Below, in pieces: positions 25,276 to 38,614 of a stretch of 64,000 bases of DNA. The translations under genes and the position numbers were made by a program. The notes below the pieces were generated by a model. It saw nothing but the letters and a program-made list of their open reading frames with translations, was not told the DNA's origin and ran no database searches. Numbering within the stretch: the stretch's first letter is position 1; the number at the start of each line of letters is the position of its first letter. Source of the DNA: Isurus oxyrinchus (lineage: Eukaryota); the NCBI GenBank assembly GCA_026770705.1, contig JANJGN010000116.1, positions 682,001 through 746,000 on the forward strand. The letters run 5' to 3'.

Positions 25276-27984
25276 GTGAGAGCAGCCATCACTACTTAAA
25301 AAGCGGCGTCACAAGCTTTTTATGCATTCCCTTGTGAGGTGACTCATCTTCTCCAGCTCCGTTTTCCTCTCAAGCAGACCAGCACCCTCCCTTTGGCTTC
25401 ATTTTACAATTATTCTAATTTGCACCAACTACTCACTCCTGACACATGGTGTGTGACCTCGCAACTGTTGTTAGCAGTTATCTGCACTGGGCATTTAAAG
25501 CTTTGAAGATTGCATTGGTTTCGGGAAGATATAATTGGAGTCGGAAGCTACAAAATGAATAAACAATTTCTAACGGTGTTTGTAGTGGGAACGTGTGATG
25601 ACATCACATTGAAATCAACAAAGCTTCTAAATAGTCCAAATCACAAATTGTAGGGATGGAAATAAATCTGCCAGCCCAAGGACTTCATCAAAAAAGCACC
25701 AACATTTATCTCTCCCCGTTCGTTCCTTCCTAAAGCGCAGTAACATAAATCATTCAAACTTTGCCCACAGTTATCACCGCAATATTTTAAAATGTTCCTC
25801 CTGCATGACTTCCCAAGGAAACAATGATCCTATCTGGCTTCAGTATGTCGTCGCTTAATTATCAATGCTGCCTCTGGACGTCAATGTTTTTATTTAAAGC
25901 CATGCATCGACAAATCGATAAAGACACATCTGACAATTAAAAGCAGAATCGCTTTTACATTAAACAAGCGCTTTAACTATCTAAGTCACAACGCCAACAC
26001 TGACTAGAGCTTTGCAATGTAAACTTCCAAATTATATCCCACTACTTTGCTGCAAACATTATTGTTCATCTCTTATTGGGCTGTATGAAAGTCCGAATCT
26101 GCAAAGGGCTTTCAAAGCTTTGAAGATTCGATTTCTTTCGGTGAGATATTAAGTCACATAAATTCCAGTGAGAGGTAAAAGGGAGAGGGATTGATTTTTC
26201 GAATTGGGAAACTGCTTCACATAGTGCCTGTTGTGGAAATGTGAAGTCCTGGCAGATCCCGGAGATGCTGTTGCTGTATTTTAGGTCAGATAGCAGACTC
26301 ACCCTCCATTAATTGAAGATCAACCTCATTTCTGGAGTCAAACACAGATCACTTGTTCTAGGTCTTTCCTTCCGACCATGGATTGGTCAAAATGTGACTC
26401 CAGACACAGAGCTCTAAACTGTCCCCCTGAATTGGTCTAGCAAAGCACTGGGTCTTATTAAAATCGCAGTTGCAAAGAGCAATTAGGGGGTGGGGAAATG
26501 CTGGTCTCAGCAGTCACAGATCACAGCCCTTCCCTTTGTCCATTTTGTGGCTCTATAAAAGAGCCGTTGTTAGATATAGTGCTGAACCAGTTTTAGGGTC
26601 GCTCCCCACGGTTGCGGCGGGACAGCTGGATATCTTTCGGCAAGATGATGACCCGCTTTAACGGATGGAGCACAGTTTTTACACAGGAGTACTTTTTTCC
26701 TGTGCAAGCCCTTTTATAAAAATTGCTATCTTTCCAGTAAAGATTTGGAATTTATATACAATACTGCTAACCTCTGATGCTGCTCCCGCGACCCCCCTCC
26801 CCTCCCGCCACATAAAACCAGGGAACTAAATGACAGCATCCATCTATTTGTTCCATGTGGCTGCGGGTCTAATTTATTAAAATGACATCTCATAGCACCA
26901 GCCCAGTTGTGGGATGGTTTTAGCTCTGAGTACTGTGATGAAACATTTATCAATCCGTTGCTTATTGACTTCTGAGAATGTTCAATTTATAGAACAATCC
27001 AGGTTTTCCCTTAAGTGGACTTTTATAGATAAAATTACCATGTCCCTGCGAGCTAACTGGGAATGACTTAATCTGCACAGTGATAGTGCAAATAAATGTT
27101 GAGACTCATGCCAGGATCAATAGCCATGGAAATTAAGCCGGGAGCATGATGGGTGGCTGTTTTGGTGGTTCCGGAAAGTAACATATGTAATAACCACGTG
27201 GCAGAGCCAGAATGCTACTCCATTGTACTCAGTGTCTCATCATAGGACTGTCCCCTCATCCTGGGGACCAATCAGTGAAGATTCGCTGTGCCGCCTCCAA
27301 ATCATTGGTATCTTTCCTTAAAGATGCAGATCAAGACTGCAAATAATATTAAAGGTATGATGTCACCAAAGCCCTTTGTTTTTTTAGCAACACTTATTAA
27401 TTCTTGAACTCAAATCCCATTACAATACAGTCTAAAATGCACTGTCTTCAAATAAACAAAATATGTGTCTAAGTGAGGTTATGAAAAGCTGCATAGAAGT
27501 CGTCCAAAGGCAACATGTAGGAACAATTAAATAAAGGAGACCGAACGAAGCCCGGCAAAGGAAATAAACAAGAAAGAAGATAAAGAAGGATATTAAGAAC
27601 TTAAATTGATGAACTCATTTTTGAGTTCAGGGGCTGAAGCGTCCTGAGTCAAAAGATGATCCACTTTTCCATAAGCTTTGATTTTGGTGAGGCCATTTAT
27701 TCCCTAGGTTCTGTTCTATTATTTAAAGATATCGTGGCAAATTGGGAGCCAAATCGCTTTTGCCATGTACGTCAATAAATTTTCTAATAAAACATTATCG
27801 ATCGCAGCTTTAAAATAAAGCCACCAATTAATATGTACAGAACGGAGCTCTGAACTTCCAGCACCCTTTCTGTCTCTATTGTTTCCTAATTTCAATGTTG
27901 AAATCTGTCTATTTGTTGTCTCTGTGTTCCTTTTTCCCAAAATCCAAGCCAGCGGAAATAGTTTCCTCAACTGACCATATACGC

Positions 27985-29335
27985 ACCAGAGGTCCTTGTA
28001 CATAAATCATTAAAGTAGCTTGCATACAAGGTCCAGCAAGTGATTAGGAAGGCAAATTAAATGGTGGCTTTTATTGAGGGAGAATGGAAGTTTTAGTGCA
28101 GCTGTACAGAGGATTAGTGAGCAAACATCTGGAAAACTGTGTACAATGTTGGCCACCATATTTTTTAAAAAATTGCCATGAAACGATAATATTTTTCGTA
28201 ATATTATTGTCGGCTTATATGTGTGAATGTGGATGTTCCTGCCTAAGTGAATGAAGTAATTGAATTAGAGTCAGAGAGACTGCAGGTTTCAAATTATCGA
28301 AATAAATTAAGAGCAGGAAGACATCTGAAATGCCAGTAAGTAAATATGGATGAGGTGCAGGGTGTGAAGGAAATTTGCATTTTCAGATAAGTGGAAGGTG
28401 GTTGGGTATCAAATGGATAGTAGCATTTTTGCAACTAACAAGATAAACAGGGCAAGGTTATTATGTTTATTTTTCCTAAAAGGAAACGGCCTTTATTGAC
28501 TTTCTGAATGACTTTTACAAAACGACAAAAATAAACTTTCAAAATCCTGTAGAACAATAGAATTTAGAGATTAGAATGAGAGAAACGTATATACAAACGG
28601 ATGAAAGACTGTATAGAGAGCGTTGCCACGTCAGATTGAAAGGTACACTATGTGAAGCAATCCTTGGGGAACAGCCACTTTAGCAGACGTTAACTATGTC
28701 TACAAAAACAAAGAGCTGCCTTGCAAGGCTTTGGCAATCCAATGTCGAGTACTTGGTGTGGTATCTTTGCATCATTGATTTTGTAGTTTCAAATCTATTT
28801 TAGGGAGTGGAGTTGGCAACCTGTTTAACTAAGAACTTTGGGAAATGCTACGCCTAAATAACCGTGTAACTTTAATATTGTGTTTATTTATCGTTTTTTT
28901 TTCCTTCTGTTAATAAATGTTTTACGATAATTAAAAATCCCTTAAGGTGATATTGGATTCAATGCCTCGCAGTTCAGTGCAAAAGCGTTCTCGGAATAAA
29001 TACAAATTGCCTGAACTTTTGTGATAAATGGCTAAGTTTCCCTTGTGCATTTGGTCCACCTGGCATACATCATCTGTCATACCAAATGCATAAGAAGCAT
29101 CGCAGAGAAAGGTCAGTCAATTCTTTCAGAGGATGATGGGATTAACGTATTAAGGCAGTTTGGTCCTGTTTCTATTAGAGATGAGAAGAAAGCGAGGAGA
29201 CCTTACTGAATCATACCTGGTCCCGAAGGGACATGATCGGATGGAGTCGAGAAGTAGGGGACAGTGTAGAAAAAGGAGAGATCTCTATTTTAAGAGGAAA
29301 TGCGAGGCTTTTTTACTCCTTGTAGAGCGGCGTTC
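27985..29335 (+). mobile_element. CR1 3' fragment split by a solo LTR
   Basis: CR1 RT C-terminal motifs (LYRGLVSKHLENCVQCWPPY) end at about 28170 and resume at about 29085 (LFLLEMRRKRGDLTESY). Confidence 0.75.
28174..29084 (+). mobile_element. Solo LTR related to the Gypsy element at 44355-51096
   Basis: Begins tgccatgaaa (compare tgcgatgaaa at 44355) and shares gaaggaaatttgcattttcagataa and ttcagtgca...atttggtcc...catacatcatctgtcatacca with the element's LTRs. Confidence 0.75.
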
Positions 29336-30054
29336 TGTGTAATTTTACTTTTTGCTGTCTCTATGAACACTTTCTTTCACCCAGGGCCCGGAAATTAGGC
29401 GTTTGCATCGCATGGATGTTCTGAATGTTCATGACACGCAAAAGGCTCTTTCTCACTTGACAAACATTTTATTCCACCTGCTGTGATGGGAATTGAAATT
29501 CACCGGTAAATATGATCAAACAGTTTATGTTTTTTTTTTGTAAAATGCACTTTTTTAACTTCAGCGAAAATTGCAAATACAATTTAACCGAGCAGTTCAC
29601 ATGTTGATGTCCTTTTCGCTTTGTTTGATGTATTTCATGACTCTGCTGGGTGCTCTATTACATGCATCCAGCACTGCCTGTGTTAAAAAAATAATCACCA
29701 CAATCATATTGCTCATTTTGCACCCCAGGTCGGTATGATTTATTTTTCATTTATGGGATATGAGCGTCGCTGGCTAGGCCAGCATTTACAGCTGCTCCTA
29801 AATTACGCTAGAGAACTTGGTGATGTGCTGCCTTCTTGAACTGCTAAAGTCCATGTGGTGTAGGTGCACTCAGAGTGCAGTGAGTGATGGAGTTGCAGGA
29901 TGTTCACATCGGCATCTTTCTCTTTCTTCTGGACAACATTTGTTGTAAGGGACCTGAACAAAATGAATAATTGTCAGTATGGAGTCCCTATCTGAAAGAG
30001 GAAATGCATCCGGTAGAGATGATATATCACGCGTTCACTAGCCTCATGCGAAAG

Positions 30055-31205
30055 CAAGACTCAGCATGGTTTTTCGAAAGGGAAATCATGTTTAACCAAG
30101 TTATTAGAGTTTTTTGAAGGATAAGCATGTGTTATGGATGAAGAGGAGCACGTATGCTTAATATACTTCGATTTTCAAAAGGCCTTAGACAAGCTGCCAC
30201 ATCGAAGGTTATTGCAGAAAATAAATGTTCATGCTATAGGGGTAAGATATTGACATGGAGAGAAGGCTGGCTGGCTGACAGAAAACAGAGAGTATGCATA
30301 TGTGGGTCTTTGTCTGATTGGCAGGAAATACGACTGGATGGGGATAGGTACTGGGATCATGATTTTTTACAATTTATATCAATCGCTTAGATGAGGAGAT
30401 TTAAGTCATGATAGATAATTTTTCAGGTGGCACAGATAAAGTTGGGAAAGTTCTGAAGATTGCAAAAGGAACATGCTAATAGAAATATATGGATTGAGTT
30501 TTTGGACAAAAACCTACAGATGGATAATTATTTTGGAACATATGAAGTTGTTCATTTTGGTAGGGAAAATAATAATAATAAGAAACAAATTATTAATTAC
30601 ACAGAGAACGACTGCAGAGTTCCAAGCTGCAGGGGGATCTAGGTGCCTTGGTTCATGAGTCACAAAAAGTTATTATGCAGGTACAGCACGTAATGTAGGA
30701 GTCGAATGCAATGCTATCCTTTATTTCTAGAGGAATTGGAGACAAAAGAAAGGCTGTTAAGCTTCAGTAATACAGGGTAATCATGACTCCAAGTCTGGAG
30801 TACTGTATGCCTTTTTTTCCCTTTACTTTAGGAAGGATGTAAGTGAGTTTGAGGCGGTTCAGAGCGAGTTTACTGGGTTGATACCTGGAATGAGCGGGTG
30901 CCTTATGAGTATTGGTCGGACAGACTGGGTGTGTTCCTTGTAGGACAGTGGAAATGAGATGTTTTTTTTTTCTCTCAGGTGACTATGCGACTTCAGAACA
31001 TTCGGCCTCAGAAAGCAATGGAGGTGCTGTCATTTAAAATTTTAAAAAATACAGGTAAATAAATTCTTGTAAGGCAAAAGATTCAAAGGCTTTCGGCGCA
31101 GATGGGAATGTGGAATGCGAAATACAAACATGTCATCCACGATCTTGGTGAACGGAGGAACAGCCTCGAACATCCATTTGATTTACTTCTGCTCCTATTT
31201 CCTAT
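30055..31205 (+). mobile_element. CR1 LINE, degenerate RT to 3' end
   Basis: QHGFSKGKSCLTKLLEFFE, YFDFQKALDKLPHRR, ILTWREGWLADRKQRV and a 3' tail. Confidence 0.88.
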
Positions 31206-32877
31206 GTTCGTAGCAAATGCAGATATTGGAAATCTGAAGTAACAACAGAAATTCCTGTTATGCTCTCCAGACACTACTGCTTCCTGGGAGAGAGAAAATC
31301 TCAATCTTTCAGCTCTGTAAACCAAAGGTGTTGTCTGAGCTGCTGAGTGAAGCCAGCATTTTCTAAAGGCTGAAAGTCCTATGTTTTAATTATAGCTTGG
31401 TCCCTAGATTCATGCCAATATTCAAAGCAGAGATTCAGCAAGATTACTGTATACTCTCTGGATCTTAGTGTAATCAGTGATGAGGAGAAACCTATTCAAC
31501 AAATGTTTATGTATCTTTGAAGTCCCCTAACACAGGGGATTGGGAGAGCTCAAAATATTTAAACCTGAGATCAATATATTATTGAATACTGAGGGGATAA
31601 GAGGATATGAGAATAGCCCTGCACCTATCCATCAGTCTGATGGGAAAATGAAAATGTTGCACATAGAGATCAAAGAGAGGGAAACAGGGAGACAAACAGA
31701 CAGACATTCAAAAGGTAGAGAATGACGGGCAGAGACATGCGTCGCAATATTTTTGCTTCATTAGTTGGACATGGCAAAGAGAAAGACTTCCAGAGAAACA
31801 ATGACACGCTCAGAAAATAGTTCAGGAAGTAAGACGCACACATAATAAAACACGTTTAAAGTGGAGATAGATTTCAATACGAGGAAGTAAGCAATGTTAT
31901 TACGAACTTTTGGAGGACCAATATGGAAAGTCGCTACACTGTAAAAGCGAGGTTTTTGTAAAGTGTGGATGGGCAGTGAGAGATTTCCCTCCATATACAC
32001 AACGCTCATAATGTAGCTCAATAAGCATATTGAATATTTTGGTTTCTAAATGGAGAAAGAGCATGTTAAGCCGCCGGGGTCATGCTAGAACTTGAAGTCC
32101 TGCATTTACACATTCGTAAGCAATCTTGTTAGTTTTGTTCACCACTCTTCAGCAAGGCATCAGAAAGGGGCTCAAGAACGTTCACTGGGGCGTTTTCAAG
32201 GATGAAATTGTTATATTATGAGGTGTTGTTGGACAACCCCGGGTTGTTATACTTTGGACAAAACATTTTGAAAAATCACCAAATAGTGGTTTTCCACATC
32301 ATGCGAGATTTGGGGAGGGTAAACAAGGAAAAAAATCCCCTCTGTGTGTACATCAATAACTAAAGGTCATGGATTCAAATTCGTTGACAAAAGTTATGCA
32401 GATGACGGGAGCCGAGACATTTCCACTCGGAGTTGGTGGGATCTGGAAGGCTTGACATAAATAGGTGTCAGAAGATATTTTCGTGAATAATTTTAGATAG
32501 AAATTGTAAAAGCCTTTGCAGACGAGCATCTTAGAAAACCACAATAAACAAGAACAACGCGGGAGCAATTAACAAAAACAACGCACACATGCACAAATAC
32601 AAGCGCACGGAAAATTTGCCTGCACATACCGTTGGGCACATCTAATTAAGCTTAAAGTGACATCGACAATGTGAGAGAGGGAGAAAAAGAAGGGTGGCAT
32701 TAATTTAGCCGATATTTGTGGTATTCATGACAGAAAATTCGTGAGCACACGGAGATGAATAAGAATGAGGAAAGCGACTTCTGTTGTTGAAAAGTTTGCG
32801 ATATGATACCGCATAAGGCAGAACTCATCTCTAAGGAAATTGGTCAAATTTTGAAACTGAACGAAGAACAGAATTTG

Positions 32878-32955
32878 CGTAGTCGCAAGGATTTGAATCT
32901 GCTCAAAGGCACGCTAATGCATGTGTATTTGCTTTCCGCACTCGGCCACAACTAC
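32878..32955 (-). pseudogene. tRNA-Ser pseudogene
   Basis: cgtagtcgcaaggatttgaatctgc...cactcggccacaactac matches both ends of reverse-complemented tRNA-Ser (CGTAGTCGGCAGGATTCGAACCTGC...CACTCGGCCACGACTAC). The anticodon arm is degraded. Confidence 0.85.
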
Positions 32956-33959
32956 GCAGTTTAGCAGTATATGAACCAGACTGATCACCGTCCAAAACAA
33001 TTCTCATTAAGTGTCTCTCTTTCGTATGATTTTGACTTCTTGTGCTGAAAATAAATGCGTGTCATCCTTCTGCTGGTTGCAGAGCTGTATTTTCGATTTG
33101 TCTTCTGAACTTGGTTTGATGCAGAAATATTTTTTCTGTCTGTTTCTTTCCTTTTCCCAATGATTCCTAAATATATTTACACACAACGCAGATATTCACA
33201 AATACTTTGAGAGATAAAACAGTCACATACACACATTCATTCAGAACGAGCACACCGATAAACATAACAACCAATTTCAAACATCACAATGTTAATGATA
33301 AATATTCGGACATTCAGAACCTGCTGTCACTCAACTCGGAGGTGTCGCAATAGCTGCCTTAAAGGTGCAACAGCAAATGAATATTTTGTTGACAGAAACA
33401 CAGAGATAATCTAATTATATTCTACTATCATGTTCCGTGTTCTTTCTGCAATTTAGTTTTGAGGAACTACCAGGAATAGCGATTGTGGATTCGATAGGAT
33501 GGATCGAAAGGAACTGCTCCCTTGGACTTTGTGTGCACACAGCACACAGGAGACAGAATGGCAAGACATTGGACAGTAAATGCAGAGCCAGTCAGTAAGT
33601 ATATGAGTGTACACAAGGAATATATATTTCAGGTACCATTTGTGAAATGAGTGTATTTTCTAGGTGGTGAGAAACAAGGGGCTGTGGAAAAACAAATTGG
33701 TTTCGATCTCCAGGACGAGGGCTCACAAACAGCTAGTATGCATGCACAAATAACACCATCTTTAATCTCCATTTCAAGATTTTCATATCCGAGTTAACAA
33801 TCCTTACAATCAATGTTTAGACAGCTGACCTGAGTTTGTAGCTTAAATTAGAAAACAGATCCATGCAACTAGCGGAGAGGCTTAAAACATGCTGTTTTCC
33901 ATATTGTTTTCCAATATTTTGCAATGTGCATAGTTGTTCACCTCTTCTATGGCTTGAAA

Positions 33960-35310
33960 CTTTGGGAATTTTTTATCTGTGATTGTGATGTAAGACAGGG
34001 GGAAATGAGAATTTTCACGAAGTTGCAATTGTGGAAAAAAGATTCAGCTGGAATGGTCGTGAAGCCTTTAAATTCATGAGGCACAAATTTCTCTTTCTCG
34101 TGTTCTTGTAGATAACACTCGAAGGAATCACCCTATTGGCACCAGAATGCAAAAAAACTGCTGATTCACCAATGGGATTTCGGATTGCAATCGTTTATTT
34201 TACGAATTTAGTTTTGATAATCGTAGAAAGGTATAATCATATCATGGATACAGCACAAAATGAAACCATTCGTCCTGTCCTGTCTGTTCTGTTTCTCTTA
34301 TGGAGAAATGCAACCATTGTCAATCCCCCGCCTTCTCCCGTGCATTTGTTTTCTTTTCAGGTCTTTTCCCTGTTTCTAGTCTCTTTAGAAATAAAATGAA
34401 GGGTGATCGAATCGAATTTTCTATTCCATTTAAACCACGTGTTAGGTTATAAAGGGAGAAACCGCTTTCCCTGGAGGAAAAAATGGGGCTGATTCAAGTC
34501 ATGTTGTTGACACTGATGCAGAGAGATGAGGACTAAGCCAACAAAGATTAATAAATAAATAAATAAATAAAACAGGAAGCTTTTTTCACAATGAGGGCAG
34601 CTGGAAATTTAGAAAGAATTTTTAAAAGTTGATCGAATCTACAATAAATTCTAGAAGACACGATGTTTTTGCCAATCGAATAGACATATCTGTCTGTTCT
34701 GCTCGCTTGAAGAACTCAACATCCCTGACTCCTGTATTTCCTGTTGCTTTACAGGGGGGAAAACACCTCGAGTCAAAATGTACTGTCCAAACCTGGACTC
34801 GAACAGTAGACCCGCATATTACATATGTTAAGTTTTACCGATTGAGACATCCAGCTGGAATAATCATTCTTCCAATAGCTGCCTTCGCCACCTGACATGA
34901 GGCATTGCAACCACTTTTTGCTTTCATTCCCTTGTTTGCTAATCCATCCTCGACAGCACATTTCCTTTATAGGCAGATCAGCAGCGTCCCTTTGGCTTCG
35001 TTTATCAAATCACCTAATTTACTCCAACTGTTTGCTCCTAACCCGTGGCTTGGGAGGTGAGGATTGTTGTTTCCGACTATTTTCACTGACCCTTGCTGAT
35101 TGTGTTTACTTCGGCGGTGTGTTGAATTGTAGGAATTGGAGAGGGAAGATCAAAACCCTCAGAGATGGATCTTGCGAATGGGTAAACAATTCCATATGAT
35201 GTTTGTTGTTGGAAATTGTGATGTTAACCCTTTTAAAGCAAGAAAGCTCATTGGCGGAAACGTTCCAAATTGTGAGAATCACAAAAATAGTGGAGTAAGA
35301 TAGAAATGCT
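33960..35310. repeat. Third, more diverged partial copy of the tRNA-Lys-containing block
   Basis: Anchors tgctgattcacca, aatgaagggtgatc, ccctttggcttc and ttgtgagaatcacaaa are collinear with about 21180-22480. Confidence 0.75.
34784..34856 (-). pseudogene. tRNA-Lys-like pseudogene, third copy
   Basis: gtccaaacctggactcgaacagtagacccgcatatta...ttaccgattgagacatccagc aligns to reverse-complemented tRNA-Lys in a syntenic position. Confidence 0.65.
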
Positions 35311-35384
35311 ACACAAATGTTCAGTTGGTCTAGGTGCAGCGCTGAGCGGGAAGCAATGATCGTAAGATAAAGGAAAAACAGTAC

Positions 35385-35610
35385 AGAGGCTGGAAATATG
35401 AAACAAAAACAATCAGTGGTGAAAAAACTCAGCATTTCTGACAGCATCTATGGAGAGAAAGGCAGAGTTAACTTTTAGAAACCATATGACTTACTCAGAA
35501 CGTTCTGAGGAAGAGTCATATGGAGCTGAAACGTTAGCTCTGCCGTTCACTTCACAGTTGATGTCAGTAGTGTTGACTTTTTCCAGCACTTATTCTTTTG
35601 GTATCCATTT
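35385..35610. mobile_element. Penelope-like terminal inverted repeat (spacerless palindrome)
   Basis: Centre ctcagaacgttctgag (35494-35509). The arms are homologous to the element at 2876-3141. Confidence 0.7.
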
Positions 35611-36499
35611 ATATCGTCTTCTTTTCTTCTCTTCCTGACAGTCTGAACGACCTCGGAATTCTGCATGTTGTCTTTAATCTGTCAATTGTTTCCCAACGCA
35701 ATGAAGCGATTAAAACCCCTTTTCAGACCCGTTGCATCGTCCCCACAACTTAATAACCTATCTACCTTTGTATGTTAACGAATTTAGCTCGAACCAAGTC
35801 TGATCCTTCATCGAACTGATTAAGACCAATCGTAAATAGTGAAGACCCTGCAGGTATTCCCGTGGCCCTCTAGTATGTGCAATTTGTGATCCTGAAATTG
35901 GTCCATTTATCACAAGTCTTTGTGATCAGTTAGTTGTTCAGCCCATTTCCATTGCTAACATATCATCTCTTCCCCATCCTCACCGCCTCACTGCCTACTT
36001 TTTATATATTAAGCTTTAATGTGGTACCATACAAAATCTGTTTTGGGAGCCCAGACGCTCTACATCTGCTAGTAATCCATTAGCCACCCTCTTTGTTACA
36101 TCCTGATCGAGCTTTACTAAATGCATCATTCACATTTCCCTGTCATGCTGTCACTGGCTGATTGAATTATGTTTTCTTCCCTTCATTTCCTGTTTCTTCA
36201 TCCATAAAAATGCATTCTGGCAGTTTCACAATGAGTGATATTAGGTTAAATGGTCTGATGTATGTTTCCGTCCTTTGAGTATTGAAGCTGCAGTCACAAA
36301 GACTCAAAAAGTTAACCAAGCCTTTCTCTCCACAGATGCTATCTATCTTGCTGCGTTTTCCCGGCACATTTTGTTTTTGATTCAGACATTACCCACAGCC
36401 TGAAACGAGTGGAAATAAGGTTGGCGGACGAGGGGAGGAGGGAGATGTTCTTGAATGCAATGTTTTACAGCATTTTGGAAACATTGTGTGCCTTCAAAA

Positions 36500-37985
36500 T
36501 ATTCTGGCATTAGTACTGAATTCTTGTGCCCAAGAAATTGTCAGACGTCTAGAAAAGCTGTTCCAGTACAGCGACAACACGGCAATCTACGCAGCTATAT
36601 GGAAGGTTGCCCAGGTATGTCTTTGACACAAAAAGCAGGGCAAATCCACCCCAGCTAATCACGACCCCAACCAGTCTACACTGGTCATCAATAAAGCAAC
36701 GGGAATGGTCATCGACAGTGCTATCAAGTGGAAATTGTTTAGCAATAACCTACTCACCGACTCGCAGTTAGGGTTCCGCCAGGGCCACGCAGCTCCTGGC
36801 CTCATTGCACCCTTGTTTCAAAAACAAGCAAGAGAGTAGAACTCCTGAGCTGAGGTGAGTGTCAGTGCCCTTGACAACAAGGCAGCACTTGCCCGAATGT
36901 GGTGTCAAGGAGCACTGGCAAAATTGGAGTCAATGGTTATCATGTGGAAAGCTGACCTCTGGTCGGAGTCTTACCAGACACAAAGGAAAATGTTTCTGGT
37001 TGTTAGAGGTCACTCATCTCAGCTCCATGTCATCAGCCCAGGAATTCCTTAGGATAGTGTCCTAGAACCAAGCTTCTTAAATTGCTTCTTCAAAGATCTT
37101 CCTTGAATCGTAAAGTCAGAAGTGGGGATGGTGCCAATGATTGCACAATGTTCAGCACCATTCTCGACACATCAGGTACTGAAGTAATCCACGTCCAAAT
37201 GCAGCAAAACATGAACAACATTCCGGCTTGGGCTGACGAGTGGCAGGCAATGCTCAATTCCAACAAGAGATAATGCAACCATCGCGACTTGATGTTCAAT
37301 GCCATTACCATCACTGAATCCTCCATTATCAACATTGACCAGGATTGGAACCGGACCTGCCACGTAAATACTGTGGCAACAAGAGCAGGTCCAAGGATAG
37401 AAATCGTGCTACCAGTAGCTCACCTCTTGCCTTCCAAAGCATCATCTACAAGGCACAAATAAGGGGTGTGATGGAACACTCCCCACTTGCCTGGGCGAGT
37501 GCAGCACCCACAACAGGCAGGGAGCTTGACACCATTCAGGAAAAAGCATTCCCCTTGATTAGCATCACACACGCAAACAGTCACTCTCCCCCCACCCCCA
37601 CCAAGGACACACAGTCGTAACAGCATGTGCCATCGATAAGATACACAACAGGAATTAACCAAGGCTCCTTCGACAACACTTCCCAAACACACAAATATTA
37701 AGATTTGCAAGTACAAGTGCAGCAGTTAAACGGGAACAACACCACATGGAAGTGTCCCTTCAAGTCACTCAACATCCTTGCTTGGAAAAGAAGCACTCTT
37801 CCATCACTGTCGCTGGTTCAAAATTCTATAATTCCCTCCCTCACAGCACTCTGCCTGTACGTTCACCACATGGACCTCACTGTTTCAAGAATGGAAGTCA
37901 CCACCACCTTTCAAAGGCAACGAGGTGGGAGAATAAGTACTGGCACAGCGAAGGAATAACACATCCCGTGATTCAATAAAAAATA
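36500..37985 (+). mobile_element. Non-LTR retrotransposon, second LINE family (CR1/L2 group), degenerate RT to 3' tail
   Basis: KLFQYSDNTAIYAAIWKVAQV, QLGFRQGHAAP, ANDCTMFSTI, IYKAQIRGVMEHSPLAW and an A-rich tail. Confidence 0.85.
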
Positions 37986-38614
37986 AAATGTTGACCAAAA
38001 AGGCAGAAGTATCAAACATTGCCTGAAAAGTAGAATATCACGTAAAGCGCACAGGGACAACACAGTGGGAGGCGTATTTATTGTTAGTCATAAGCAAGAA
38101 TTGTAGAGGAATATAGGAAGGGCAGCGGACACCTTGCAAAACATAGGTACTTGATACTGAAGGCATGGCAGAAATGCTGGAAAGGCAATTTCTGTCAGGG
38201 GGTGACTTTAGAAAGAGAAACAGAGTTAACTCTCCAAGCCTGTAACATTTCATCAGAACCCAAAACGTATTTTATTTTTCTTCCTTGTCTGACCTGTTAA
38301 CTTGCCTATAATCTCACCATGTAGTCTCACGAAGTTGGCTTTTTATGTATATTGATGCCCCTCCTGACTTGCTCCCCATCTGCTGCTTGACCTGTTTCCA
38401 TTTCCAGCATTTTCTACTTTGTTTCAGAAATCTGTCCTTTTTGTTTCAGATTTACTGCATTATCCACAGTATTTATTTTCTTCTTTGTGTTCGCATGACC
38501 TAATGTACGGGAGCATTAAACATCATCCAAGAATAATGCGGAATAATCGCTGGGGGTCTAAAAGGCCAAGGTCTTCCTTGCCACATTTCCCAATCTCTTA
38601 TCTGCTATTGTAAC

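Larger units (their letters stand above)
19752..26155. repeat. Head-to-tail tandem duplication, about 3.2 kb unit (A 19752-22985, B 22986-26155)
   Basis: Collinear anchors at a ~3.2 kb offset: atgaacgttcttc (19753/22987), gggatgcaccagcggag (~20178/~23411), cattctatatgcttcctc (~20980/~24191), cctttggcttcattt (~22181/~25390), ggtgagatattaagt (~22965/~26140). Confidence 0.93.
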
